Assembly: GCA_964016885.1 (NCBI GenBank)
Contig: OZ024746.1
Coordinates: forward strand, 26,288,001 to 26,352,000
Source: Eledone cirrhosa
Taxonomy: Eukaryota
DNA length: 64,000 bases
Direction: 5' to 3'
The stretch's first letter is position 1; every line of letters starts with the position of its first letter. The position numbers and the translations under genes were made by a program. Positions 1 to 13,552 of this stretch are shown in pieces. The notes beneath the pieces are model-generated. The model ran no database searches and was not told the origin of the DNA. It saw only the letters and a program-made list of their open reading frames with translations.

Positions 1-226
1 TCCACAATAAGTCTGTATATAATATTTAGTGAGAAGTTTGAGGGGAGAACAAGAAAACATGACGTATTCATAATTCAAAATTAGCTTTTTCCATTTGACT
101 TTGAGTTACATATTTTTCCCCTAATTTTGAATAAATAATCCAGATTAGAAATTATTATAATTTTTTTGTTTTAATAAAAAAAAAATCATTATTATTATTT
201 ATTATTTGTATTTGTATTATTATTAT

Positions 227-227
<1 letters not shown>

Positions 228-314
<87 letters not shown>
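228..314. repeat. (AGT)n microsatellite
   Basis: Pure agt triplet run visible in the sequence. Confidence 0.97.
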
Positions 315-315
<1 letters not shown>

Positions 316-831
316 ATTTTCACCTCTTGTTTCAATATTCAAGCTTTTTTTTATTTCTAATTCTCAAAACAAAAAGTAAAATATTGAAAAAAGAAAGAAA
401 ATTCCTATATTAGAAATATTTTTGTGAATCTCCATAAATTTTGGCAAACTGTGCCATGTGAGAATTAGGTTATAGAAGCAGAGTGAATATAAAGTTGAAA
501 TATTGAGCTAAGACATGTCTCTATTTCACACATATACACACTCATGAACTCAAATGCATGATATGAGAGAGAGAGAGTATGTGTGTTCATGCATGTGTAT
601 ACACACACACACACAAGGGTCAGCTAACCAAGATACTCTCATGTCTCAACAGTCTCTAGAAAGAAACACTATTAGGAAGAAGAGTTGAAATTAATACATG
701 CAAGATTTCACAGTTCTAGCATCACTCATTCATAGTTAGCATTTGAACTTTTCAGATGATCCTCTTATATATATATATATATATATATACATACACACAC
801 AAAGACATATATACACATTCACATATGTATG

Positions 832-873
<42 letters not shown>

Positions 874-1416
874 TACATACATACATGCTTATACATCCAC
901 ACCCACATATATATAATACACATATATACATAGCTGAATTGTAAGTGTGTATATTAAAAAGTTGTTTTTTTTCCATTATAACTTTCATATTCCTACTTTA
1001 TATTATTTTTGTCAATTTATTTTTTATTTTTAATCAACCAATTCAAACTTTTAAAGTCAAACAACGTTAATTAAAACCATATTCAAAAAAAAAAAAAAAA
1101 AAAAATTTAAGAAATTATAAGTATAAATTTTTAATGAAAAATAGAAACCATAATTTGTATCAGTTTTTTTTTTTTTTGTTGCAGTAAAACTATTGTCTAC
1201 TGATAAATTCCTATCTTTGATCATCTGTCGTGTATAATTTATATAGAAAACTTGAACTAACTCTAGCAAGACTGAAGAAAAATATTGCTGCTTTTCTTTA
1301 TTCAGCGTAATGCTATCAGTAATATTCTGCTATAACAACATTTAAAGTTTAAAAAATTAAAAATTAAAATATATATTGCAAATTGAAGAGTTTATTTATC
1401 GACATATCAGTGCTAG

Positions 1417-1627
1417 GTCATCATCATCATCATCATCATCATCATCTACATCACCATCACCTATGTTACCATCATCATCTATATCATCATCATCATAATT
1501 GTTATCTACATTATCACCACCACCACCTATGTTACCAACATTATCTATACCAACATCATCGTCATCTACATCATCACCACCACCGCCGCCACATATATTG
1601 TCATCATCATCATCATCTACGTCTACA
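1417..1627. repeat. (CAT/CAC)n degenerate trinucleotide repeat
   Basis: catcatcat/caccac runs; these explain the His-rich and Asp-rich pseudo-ORFs. Confidence 0.9.
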
Positions 1628-1767
1628 CTTGAAATAAAAGACTTGCAAGAAAAGATTAAATATTGAAGAAGGAAGATTAAGCTTTTTACAAAATTGAAGA
1701 TAAGCAAACTTTAAACAGAGAATATATTTCAGATTTGGTTTTTAATATTAGAGTTACTTTCATATCA

Positions 1768-1980
1768 TAGGTTTGTGGAGTGGATAGCAGAGGTTTCTAG
1801 GTTTGATAACAGAGGTTTGTGGATTGGATATCAGAGGTTTGTAGATTGGATATCAGAGGTTTGTGGATTGGATATCAGAGGTTTCTAGGTTTGATATCGG
1901 AGGTTTCTAGGTTTGATATCGGAAGTTTCTAGGTTTGATATCGGAGGTTTCTAGGTTTGATATTGGAGGCTTGTGGGTTT
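1768..1980. repeat. 22-bp minisatellite (gaggtttctaggtttgatatcg and variants), ~9 copies
   Basis: gtttctagg recurs at 1881 and 1903 (period 22); diverged copies extend both ways. Confidence 0.9.
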
Positions 1981-1999
1981 GGAGAAGAATCTCCAAATC

Positions 2000-2770
2000 C
2001 ATCCCAGGCCAGTCCTCTCTAGACATTTTTCTTACATGAGGGTACTATCAGTACCCTCCTTGACCATGCATCCCAGGAGCCACCATAGGTTCAGTCATAG
2101 CAGGATCCCACATGTGGACTTTTACTGTCCTCATGTGGGATGAGTACATTACTATGCAGTCTGTTCTACAGGGTCCACCGAGTGTTTAATAGCAAGGACC
2201 TCGGTTTTCAACAGCACTGAGATGGTGCTGAACTGCCCGACCCTTGTTTTGTACTCTATATCGTCCTTGATGTATTTCAGTGCATCAATTTCTGCCTGGG
2301 TGGAGAGTTTCACTTTGCGGGTTTGCACTGAAATACATCTATAATGCAATATACACCTTTGTGTTGCTGCTGTTACTTCATCCGGGATGGTTAGGTTGGC
2401 CCAGGTACTTTCTCAATTAGTTTCCATGCCTGGGCTAACTGTTGCTCCTTGTCCAAAATAACCACTTGGAAAAATTTCCTGGTTTCTGCAGCCGCAGTTG
2501 TGAATGTGTTGTTCACGTTGTTGTTGCTTTCACTGTTTTTCAAGTTGCTCTTGTTGTTGCAGTTGTTCTTGGTGCAACAGCTGTTGTCATTGTTGGTATT
2601 CTTGGAGTTGTTGTTGTTGTTTTCTTCACTTGTTTCCTTGTTTTGTTTATTTTGTTTATTTTCCATGCCGGCTACCTGTAAACAGCCAGCATCCAACCTG
2701 TTTTCTCTCTCTCTCTCTCTAAACAGTTTCGGAGGCGTGTCGCTATGCTCCATGATTGTTTTATACAATC
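2000..2770 (-). pseudogene. Decayed ORF fragment, possibly the 5' ORF1 region of a non-LTR retrotransposon
   Basis: GC-richer island with broken minus-strand frames (Asn/Thr-rich linker, then LSTQAEIDALKYIKDDIEYKTRVGQFSTISVLLKTEVLAIKHS). The family assignment is inference only. Confidence 0.35.
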
Positions 2771-3561
2771 AAATAAAATTTTACTTGAGGAGATAATCAA
2801 AATTGATAGTCCCTGCAGGGGACAAAATATTCTACATGCAGAAAATATTCAACACAAAATATTCTACATTCAGAAAGCAAGCAAACTTGTCTAAATTTTT
2901 AACAAGTTTAAAACTTAAAAGCCTAGGGAATGTAAAATAAGGTTTAAATACCTTGAAAAAACTAGAGCTGATGCTATGTGTGACTTATGCTTCAATAATC
3001 ATAACAACAACAAAGATAAATTTCTGTTTTTTGTTTTCTTTTTGTAAACCATCCTTATTTTACATCCGCTTTCCCCCATGGCATGGGTTAGACAGGTTGT
3101 CACAGTATGAGTCATTTTTTATTTGGAGTTACTGCCCTCCTAAACAGGTCAGACGACCATATCTCAATCAGAATAGAGATAAAATCTAATTTTAGATTAA
3201 GAGAAAAATGTTAAACAGCCATGACAAGAATGTGTTGCAATAGAAATTCATTGATGTAGCGTGATATAGAGATTATTTAGTATTTTATTTCAACTAATAT
3301 CACACAGAGAATATGTACTAACATACTAACATGTAGCTATAAGAATGGCTAGGTGGTTAAGGAGGTTACATCACACCCACGTGGTTTCGGATTTGGTCTG
3401 ACTGTGTGAAACTTTAGGTAGGTATCTACTCTACTTGGTTTCACCAACCTTTTGGGAGTGAAATTTGATAGACAGAAATTATGTGCAAACCCATTGTATG
3501 TGTGCAGGCGTGGGTGTGCATGTGTGTCTGTTTCTATATTTATTGTTTGTTTATATCCCAT

Positions 3562-3888
3562 TTATTTACTGAGATATATATATATATATATATATATATT
3601 TACTGAGATGAGATATATATATATATATATATATATATCATCATCAACGTTTAACGTCCGTGTTCCACGCTTGCATGGGTTTGGACGGGGGTTTTCCCAC
3701 TTGAGGCAAGATTGGTTGTCTTGCTCGCATAGGACTGTCTGGCGGGTTTTCTACAGCTGGATGCCCTTCCTAACACCAACCACATTTACAGTGTGGGGCT
3801 GGGAGGTTTTTACCGTGTTGCCTACACGGCCACATTACAGCGTGAACTGTGTTTTTTTGTCGTGACACCTACATGATCTCATTGTATA

Positions 3889-3920
<32 letters not shown>

Positions 3921-3986
3921 AGTATATATGTATATATATATATATATATACATATTTACTGAGATATTTATATATATTTACTGAGA

Positions 3987-4027
<41 letters not shown>

Positions 4028-4058
4028 TTACTGAGATATTTATATATATATACTGAGA

Positions 4059-4095
<37 letters not shown>

Positions 4096-4130
4096 TTACT
4101 GAGATATTTATATATATATACTGAGATATT

Positions 4131-4161
<31 letters not shown>

Positions 4162-4274
4162 TTACTGAGATATTTATATATATATACTGAGATATTTATA
4201 TATATATATATATATACATATTTACTGAGATATTTATATATATATATATATATATACATATTTACTGAGATATT

Positions 4275-4305
<31 letters not shown>

Positions 4306-4438
4306 TTACTGAGATATTTATATATATATTTACTGAGATATTTATATATATATTTACTGAGATATTTATATATATATTTACTGAGATATTTATATATATA
4401 TATGTTTACTGAGATATTTATATATATATACATTTACT

Positions 4439-4476
<38 letters not shown>

Positions 4477-4510
4477 CTGAGATATTTATATATATATATA
4501 TTTACTGAGA

Positions 4511-4556
<46 letters not shown>

Positions 4557-4559
4557 CTG

Positions 4560-4602
<43 letters not shown>

Positions 4603-4608
4603 CTGAAA

Positions 4609-4650
<42 letters not shown>

Positions 4651-4656
4651 CTGAAA

Positions 4657-4688
<32 letters not shown>

Positions 4689-4696
4689 TACTGAGA

Positions 4697-4750
<54 letters not shown>

Positions 4751-4850
4751 CTGAGATATTTATATATATATATATATATTTACTGAGATATTTATATATA
4801 TATATATTTACTGAGATATTTATATATATATATATATATATTTACTGAGA

Positions 4851-4882
<32 letters not shown>

Positions 4883-4960
4883 TACTGAGATATTTATATA
4901 TATATATATATATATATTTACTGAGATATTTATATATATATATATATATATTTACTGAGA

Positions 4961-5000
<40 letters not shown>

Positions 5001-5006
5001 CTGAGA

Positions 5007-5044
<38 letters not shown>

Positions 5045-5108
5045 CTGAGATATTTATATATATATATATATATATTTACTGAGATATTTATATATATATA
5101 TACTGAGA

Positions 5109-5144
<36 letters not shown>

Positions 5145-5148
5145 GAGA

Positions 5149-5188
<40 letters not shown>

Positions 5189-5192
5189 GAGA

Positions 5193-5227
<35 letters not shown>

Positions 5228-5232
5228 TGAGA

Positions 5233-5264
<32 letters not shown>

Positions 5265-5300
5265 CTGAGATATTTATATATATATATATATATACTGAGA

Positions 5301-5339
<39 letters not shown>

Positions 5340-5368
5340 TTACTGAGATATTTTTTTTTATATATATA
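3562..5368. repeat. Compound (TA)n / tttactgagatatt tandem array
   Basis: Dozens of tttactgagata(tt) cores separated by variable-length TA tracts. Confidence 0.95.
3638..3885 (-). mobile_element. Short non-autonomous retroposon with (GAT)n tail (RTE-tail type), young copy
   Basis: Reverse complement of 51395-51697 at very high identity; shares the aggaagggcatccagctgtagaaa core and the ggacgttaaacgttgatgatg end. Confidence 0.85.
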
Positions 5369-5974
5369 GTTTGTTTATATCCCATAACAGGGTGCTTCAA
5401 CAAAGAGATCAATAAAATTAAGACCCGACTGGGGTTGATATGATCGACTAAATCCCTTCAAAGTAGTGCCCCAACATAGCCACAGTCCAATGACTGAAAC
5501 CAGTAAAAGAATAAAAGTATAATAATTGCTATATTTTAATTATTAGTTGTAATTGAAATCATCATGGAGATGGAGCTCAATAAAACTATAACCATTGAAC
5601 AAATTAAATAAATACAATTCTACCATTGTTTTTGATATCTTTAAAATACAATGAAATGATCAAATTGAATTTATCCTCATAAAACATCTTTGAAGTCTCT
5701 TAAATTTCTACTTACATTTAAAACTGTAATTAAGTCTTGCAATAAAAATCTAATTTCTACAAAAGTATCTCTGTAAGAATTTGCTTTGATTTAAATACTT
5801 ATTTTTACATCAAACAATAAATGTAGACTGAAGTTTTAGTTTTAAACAAAATTAATTAAATATAAATAAAACTATGTTTCATTTTTTTAATTATAAATAA
5901 TTAAAGAGTAATTATAAATAATTAAAAAGTATGAAATAATTATTTAACAATAGATGTAATGGTAATAATGGTTT

Positions 5975-6400
5975 CACAATAAAAATGCACCGAACACATT
6001 GTAAAGTAATTGGCAATCAAACAGAGACAATACAGAGTAGAGACAACCTCTCTAGTGTAGGTGCCATGATAAAATCCACCCAGAACTCTCTCTAAAGCAG
6101 TAGAGTTGTTAGTACAAAAAAATTTGCCAACTAAACTATGTAAAGTGGTAGTGTTGGTACCACAATAAAATGCACCCAGTATACTCTATACTCTGCAAAG
6201 TGGTAGTGTTGCTGCCATAATAAAATGCACCCAGTTCACTTTGCAAAGTAGTTGATGTTAGAATGGGCATCAAAGTATAGAAACCATCCCAAAATATGGC
6301 ATATATGAGCAAGACACGGTTCTCCAACCCATCTAATATAGGACTGTAACAACCTGTCCAACCCATGCCAGCATGAAAATCTGACATAAAATGATGATGA
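5975..6400 (+). mobile_element. Older copy of the RTE-tail retroposon with repeated aataaaatgcacccagt heads
   Basis: gggcatcaaagtatagaaacc core and catgccagcatgaaaatctgacataaaatgatgatga tail. Confidence 0.65.
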
Positions 6401-6730
6401 TAACATTATTAATGGTGATAATGATGATAACTGTTATTCAAGGAGAAGGTTTAATATATTTAGTAGTTTGGTATTACATAAGTTTCTATCTTTAATGAAA
6501 GACTCGAGCTTTAATTCTAGCAGGTCTGATGTGACTTTTCTGTTACATATCATAGATAAGCAATTATTTCATTACTAGATCCAACACTCCCTAAGATGCA
6601 CACATGTGATGTATTATATCATGCTTATGTACCATTATGTACCATACATCATTGGTGCAGATCAAATTCTTGAGAAGGAAAATAGAATCTTATCAAATAA
6701 AATTAATAGCTATTACAAATGTAGTTGTTG

Positions 6731-7930
6731 TTGTAGGAAGACCTGGAGATCAGCTGATAATTGAACTTTCAGTAAAATGCTTCTTTCTCTATCTCTCTTA
6801 GATTTCTTCTATTCTCTCTCTGTCTATTTTTTCTGTCTTCCTCTCTGTCTTTCTCTTAGATCTCTGAAACTATCAGAATTTTTCTCTCACCCTCTCTCTC
6901 TCTCTCTCTTAAATCTCTGTTTTTCTTAAATTTCTTTTTCTCTCTTACATTTCTTTCTCTCCCTCTTTTTCTTACATCTCTCTCTCTCTCTTTCTCTCTC
7001 TTAGATTTCCTTCCTCTTCCCTCTCTTTGCCTCAGATTTCCCTTTTTCTTTCTTTCTCCCTGTCTTGTTCAAATCTCTCTAATTATCTTTTCCTCTTTCT
7101 CTCTCCACCACCACCCTCTCATACCTAAATCGACTTTCCTGTTATATTAGCAGAGAAAACTTTGCAATCTTTGAAGAGATTCAATAAAAACAATAAATCA
7201 CATCTGATATTCCAACATAATTGTCCTCCAGTGATTGCTCGTTAGATGCCAACCAAAATGGAAGTAGTCATTTATACAGGTAACAGATGGCATTCGCATC
7301 ATTTTAAAACCAAATTAATTTATTTCCTGCTGATTTCAAATCCAACAAATAACTAAAGTTTTCTGTTTGTTTTTTTATAATGATTTTTTTTTTTATGTTT
7401 ATCTACAAAATAAAACAAAGAAAATGTTCAATAACGTTAATTTAGGGAGGGGGGAAAGAGGGGTGGGGGTGGGGAAGAGAGGGTGGGGAGAAGAGAGAAA
7501 AATGGGGAGAGGGGGAGAGAGGGAAGAGGAAGAGAGGAAGAGAGAAAGAGAGGGAAGAGGGTGAGAGAAAGGTAGGGAGAAAGAGGTGGTGGAAGAGAGA
7601 AAGTGAGAGTGGGATGTGGAAGAGAGAAAGTGAGAGTGGGATGGGGAAGAGAGAGGGTGGGGAGGGGGAGAAAGAGAGAAATTGGAAAAACGGGGCAGGG
7701 AAGATAGATTTCTATTTCCCCTCCCCTAAGATAGTGTCAGAGAGAGAGCGAATGAGAGATAGAGTGAGAGAGTGAGAGAGAAAGAAACAGATCTAGGGGA
7801 CACAAAGAAAAAGAGAGAATGGGACAGGGTGAGAGTGACAAAGAGATAGACAGAGAGAGAGAGAAAGGGGGGAGGGTAGTAAGTATTTTATCAAAAGTTC
7901 AGTTATCAGCTGAACTCCAAAAACCTACAA
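6731..7930. mobile_element. Foldback-like element: ~40-50-bp terminal inverted repeats plus CT-rich and GA-rich arms
   Basis: 6744-6782 tggagatcagctgataattgaactttcagtaaaatgctt is the reverse complement of 7881-7919 aagtattttatcaaaagttcagttatcagctgaactcca. ttgtagg/cctacaa extends the match outward. Confidence 0.7.
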
Positions 7931-9739
7931 TGGCTTCAAAAATATATTTCATGTGAACAGAGCAACATATTGGTATTGATACAACTATATTGATTTTTAC
8001 AATGTTTCTCTTAGCAATCAAAACTATTGAATAGCATAAAAACCCATGATAAATGCACCCAGTACACTCTGTAAAGTAATAGTGCTGATGTCACAATAAA
8101 ATACACACAATATGTTCTGGTCAGGCAATCATGAGTAAATACTCTTGAGTCCCAAATACTAGGAGGGGTGTTGGAACAAGTGAGGGAGTTGGAATAAGCA
8201 GGGGGAGGGGGGATTGGTAATTTTTCTAGGTTGTCTCCACTGATTTTTTTTAAAAACCAGAATTATCATTTAGTTTACATATTGAGACCCCCAACCCATC
8301 CTATTCATTTTATAACATATGGGATTTGTAGTAATGTATTTTTTTGTCATGTATAATGTTTTTTTAATATATAAAGAAAATTAATTGTTGCGGGAATGCT
8401 ACCACTTAAAATAAAATTTACCCAGAGATAGATTAGTAAAATTTAATAAGCAGTGGGGTTGGAATTAGAGTTGGGTGGGGATCTGAAAAATTAATAAGTG
8501 GAAGTGGGGTGGCAATTATTTGAGACCCGAGAGTAACATATGACCAGCCATGACTGAAGGAGGCTTTTGTCTCTCTCAATAGGTCTGTGTAAGACAGTGT
8601 TTATGTGTTGTTGTGGGAGTTCATGTGTGCATGTGTGTTCCACCAGGAATCGAACTCTCAACTTTACGGCCATGAACCAAATGGTCTAACCACTGAGCCA
8701 TGCACTTTCACAGAAAAATTACTAATACAGCTATGAAAAGCATTATGTTATTCAGTAAGTTTTAATATAGGCTTTATTGTTGGTTATGATAGCATCTATG
8801 GTTGAGTAAACATGTGGCACAGAGGTAGAGAAGCACTTGAAAATGTCCTAAAAAGCAAACAGGATCTTATCTAATTTCTCAACCTATTGACCCAGGTGTA
8901 GTGAAACGTTTATAATGACCTGGAGACATTTTGAAAATGGAAATCTAACATTTACAAACTACACCTCCATCATATAGTTTTCTTCTGAGTTTTAAAACTC
9001 ATCTGTTATTAAAGTTTTATTTTTCCACTACACATTGAACAACTATCTTTCTATATTGCCGTCTTGCCACATAGCCATCTCACTATCTTGTTTTATAGCT
9101 GTCTTACTATTGTTATACTTGGTCTTTTCCCCTTTCAAGATCGATAAGAAAAATGTACCAGTCGAGTACTGGGTTCGATTCTTCCTCTATATCTCTTTCT
9201 CACTGTATTATCACTGTATTACCATCCTTGTTTTAACATCCTCTTTCTCTGTCACCAAGGGTTGGACTAGTCTACAGAGACCAAGTACTGAAGCAGTGGC
9301 TACTGATCTCCCAGGCAGCCCAGAGATCTGCATCTCGCTTATGTTTAGTCTCTCATTCTACCAAGTGCACAGGAGAGGTTGTCATGTCTTTGACACAAAT
9401 TAAAGGGTTCTCCCAACACTTTATTTGTCAAGCTTTCTATGGTTGAATTCCCTTCCTATCAACCTCTTTACAGTATCTACTCAGTGCTTTTATCGTGTAG
9501 ATCACCAAACACTAGGGAGGTTGTAGTACTGTAATATTGTATACTACAGTCATTTAGTGCGACACTTCTCTTGTACTATACAGTACTAGAGTACTGTATA
9601 GTACTAGAATAGTATACAGTACTGCAGTAGTATACAGTACTATAATGCTATAGTAGAAAATAGTGTTTTGTTTGGAGGCTGCCACAATGTGAATTGGATG
9701 GTAAATGTTAATAAATATGATGATAATAATGATGATGGG

Positions 9740-10095
9740 CTGTTACCTTGCAGTTCTTTATAGGTCCTTATATTCTATCAAACATACTTCGAAGTTATAT
9801 ATTTTTTGTTGATCTTGAGCTGCCATTTTTTGAAATTTGAAAGTGGTGTTTTTTTTTTCTACACTGGAAGTGGTGAATAGATCATGTGGTATAAACTATG
9901 ATCTGATCTAAGCTATTTTTGTTATTTTTGAAATGTCAGCCACTAAGTGGTGAGTTCTCGTCTATTGTTGATTTGGGGTCTCAGTTTCACTATTAGTATA
10001 GATTCTTTTATTCTGAGATTGCCAGTATTCCTATCTGTAGCTTTGAGAGGAACTGTTATATCTTTATATATATTCTTGCCCTTATCTATGTGTTT
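9740..10095 (-). pseudogene. Penelope-like element 3' fragment (end of the GIY-YIG endonuclease plus 3' UTR)
   Basis: Minus strand reads NLRIKESILIVKLRPQINNRRELTT* (stop at 9943-9945), matching the L.IKE.L.I....P.lN terminus of PLE endonucleases. Confidence 0.65.
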
Positions 10096-10419
10096 CAAAG
10101 ACTGAAGATTTTTACAATATTCTGTACACCAATAAAGATACTAAAGACATTAGAATCAACAAAGTAGTTTTTAAATATTTTCTGCTAAATTATAAGATTT
10201 TAAAACTTAACACAAACATATTATTGATCTATTTATAGAATGGCATTAAAACGTCAATTATGAAAATGCATGGCTTAGTGGTTAAGGTCTTCAGCTTTTA
10301 ATGTCCTGTACAGCATGAGATTGCATGTGCAAGACATTCTTAAAAGGTACAAAATGCCTTTTCAAAGATATTTCCTGCAAAATCATTGCAAAGTGTTAAT
10401 GGTTAATAATAGTTCTATC

Positions 10420-10660
10420 ATGAAAAGCAATGTGACAGGATGTGTAACATGTTACTCAAGAACACAACATGCCACCTGGTCCAGGAATTGAACCCACAAT
10501 CATACGATCATGATTTTAAAAACCTAACCATTCCATCGGGTCTGACGACCTGTGTATCAGTTGTTTGAACAACAGAACAGTCTGCTTATAGTATTAACAT
10601 GCAAGTGGCTTAGCATTCCATAGATATGTTTACCTTTAACAGTTCTCAGAAAGAACATTT
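10420..10660 (-). mobile_element. Rearranged SINE fragments (family of 13870-14170)
   Basis: ctcaagaacacaac...ggaattgaacccacaatc and catgcaagtggcttagcattcc motifs shared with 36005-36310. Confidence 0.55.
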
Positions 10661-12354
10661 GGAAAACATCCTGTGATGTAACCTCACAGACAGCCAACTA
10701 AATTTGCACACACATATGTAAGCTGTAAATTTCACTATTTCATTTCAGCAATGAAACATCAATTGTATAAAACCAATCTTTGAGGCTATAAATATTTCCA
10801 TATCACATAAAGAAATACTTTTAAGATAAAAGCCAATATATGCAACAATATTTGGTAAATGTTCATTTTATTACAATTAAATTTTTTTCTATATAGTTTA
10901 AATATTATTTGTTATATCTATAAGTATGGTTTCTTCATAACAGGTTTTTAAATTATTTTTTCCATTTTCCACATCGAACTTTCAAGGCATATAATAGTGA
11001 TAAAAGACAAAATGTTAAACAATTTTCGCAATTTTATTTTTGTTTAAAATTATTTTCACACAAAAATTTTTTTTTTTTTTTTATTATTATTATATATAAA
11101 ACCATTTTATATATCCTACTATCCAAAATACTTTCCTTTCTTCGCAGTTATTTAAATGTTCTATTTTGACATTAACAAAGAAAAAGGATGAGAAAAATTC
11201 TACTTCATTTAAGAACAGACAAATTTCCTATCTTAATGAAAAAATAGAAAAAATATAGTTATTTCTTTTGCTCAGTTCTTTACTTACAACTTTCATATTT
11301 TACTTAAAAAGAAATATATTTTTTAATTAGATTTTTTTTCTACTTGTAATATACACACATTGTCTTGAGTTAATTGAATATATGTACATAAAAAGAAACT
11401 TGTGTATATAGAAAACTGACAAATTTAATATTTATTCTACATTAAAAATGAAGAAGGCAGCTGTTAGAAAATTATCTCAATTGAATTAGTTAACATGCCG
11501 GCTTGTACTGATACTTGTATTTCAAAAAAGAAAAGTGAAGAAAAAACTCAGTTTAATCTTTAAGAAACACAAATATTAAATAAACAGCGACCTATAGTAT
11601 GTACTATCTCATTAACCTAACCACTAGTGTCTGAAAATATTTACTAAGTTAGTTACAGCAACATTTAGAGTTAATTCAAACAAAAAAAAATAGACATTAA
11701 GAATATCTATTTAGTAGAACAACAGGTCATTAGATGATACAATATAAATTTTTTTGTCTTTTTTTTATGTTGAAAAAATTGTTTAGAGAAAGACATTATT
11801 ACGGTAAATATCATTCAATGTATTAAAGTCGGAAAGTTAAAGAGAATTTTAAGATATTCTGCTATACAGAAACAGGCGATTTTTATGGTTTCGAAATTTC
11901 AAATGAATAGCCATTCTGTTTTTATCTCAAAAAGAAAAAAGAAAAAAAAAAAAAAAAAAAAAGAAGGATCTGATTGCCAGATAAGGTTAAAGCTAATGTT
12001 AATTTTCATTGGGTTTTCCATTGCTAATACTACCTACTGGTTGCAATTCCTAGCAGGGATGGGCGGGAGGGGGGGTATTTGAACTCAGAATGCACAGAGT
12101 CAGATCAGACACCACAGATAATCCCATCCAACTTTTTAACAATTCCATTAATCCTCTGGACTGGTACTTTATCAATTCAAAAAGATGAAATGTAAGGATA
12201 ATCTCAACAGGATTTGAATTCAGAGTGCAGAAAGCCAGAATAAATGCTCTAACAACTCTGCCAATTTGCCACCTAATCTCCAGGAAGGACCATTAAGAAA
12301 GAAACTGACTAAATATTGACTAAATACAAATAACACTGATTTCTCTTGTCAAAT

Positions 12355-12640
12355 CCATACATGTCAAGAGATGGTTTAGGTGTGTGAAGAAGGACCTAGC
12401 AGATATGGGCCTGGCCTGAGAGCAGGCTAGTTGACAGGGTTTGTCACTGTGTGGAGGAGATCTCTCATTACCCAATGCTCCATAGGAAGCAAGGGGGTCT
12501 TGCCTCAGAGCAACCTCATAACAGGGCTGGTAACTGTAAGAGGTGGAGATTGCTCATTATCCAATGCTCCATAGGAAGCAAGGGGTCTTGCTTCAGAGCA
12601 GCCTCATAACAGGGCTGGTCACTGTATGTGGTGGAGCTCT
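12355..12640 (+). mobile_element. RTE-type LINE 3' end remnant with a ~85-bp tandem duplication
   Basis: Translates to KRWFRCVKKDLADMGL...WRRSLITQCSIGSK; ccaatgctccataggaagcaagggg occurs twice; a related copy lies at ~30120-30260. Confidence 0.55.
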
Positions 12641-12771
12641 CTTATCAATCCCCCAGAATTGCTGGCCTTGTGCCTATATAAGAAACCATTATTAGATAGT
12701 GGGGTAGAACAATACTTCAGGGAAAGGGATACTTCAGGGAAAGGGAGTAGTAACAACAATATTTGGAGTGA

Positions 12772-13552
12772 GAGTGACAACAGCAACGATGATGGCAACA
12801 GCAACGATGATGATGACAACAACAATGATGACAACAATGATGACAACAACAACAACAATGATGATGATAACAACGACAATGATGATGACAACAATGATGA
12901 CAACATCAATGATGATGACAACAACGACGATGATGATGAAAACGACGATGATGATGAAAACGACGATGATGATAATGAAGACATGGGCAATAACGATGAT
13001 GATGACAACGGTGATGACAACAACAATGATGATAACGACTTTGACAATGACAACAACAACGATGATGATGATGACAACAACGAGGATGACAACTGTGATG
13101 ATAATGGTGGTGATGACAACTGTGATGACAACAACGAGGATGACAACTGTGATGATAATGGTGGTGATGACAACTATGATGACAACAACGAGGATGACAA
13201 CTGTGATGATAATGGTGGTGATGACAACTGTGATGATAATGGTGATGATAATGGTGATGATGACAATGGTGGTGATGACAACTATGATGATAATGGTGAT
13301 GATAATGGTGATGATGACAATGGTGGTGATGACAACTATGATAACAACGAGGATGACAACTGTGATGATAATGGTGGTGATGACAATGGTGATGATGACA
13401 ACTATGATGATAATGGTGATGATGATAATGGTGATGATGACAACGAGGATGATAATGGTGATGATGACAACGAGGATGATAATGGTGGTGATGATAATGG
13501 TGATGATGACAACGAGGATGATAATGGTGGTGATGACAAGGATAACAATAAT
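12772..13552. repeat. (GAT/GAC/AAC/GGT)n compound trinucleotide repeat
   Basis: Triplet array that is open in most frames on both strands. Confidence 0.95.

Larger units (their letters stand above)
3345..5520 (+). mobile_element. tRNA-derived CORE-like SINE split by a 1.8-kb insertion (head 3345-3561, tail 5369-5520)
   Basis: A-box-like tggctaggtggttaag head and tail ...cacagtccaatgactgaaaccagtaaaagaataaaag; head and tail match other copies (46302, 36610-37235, 22195-22400). Confidence 0.7.
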
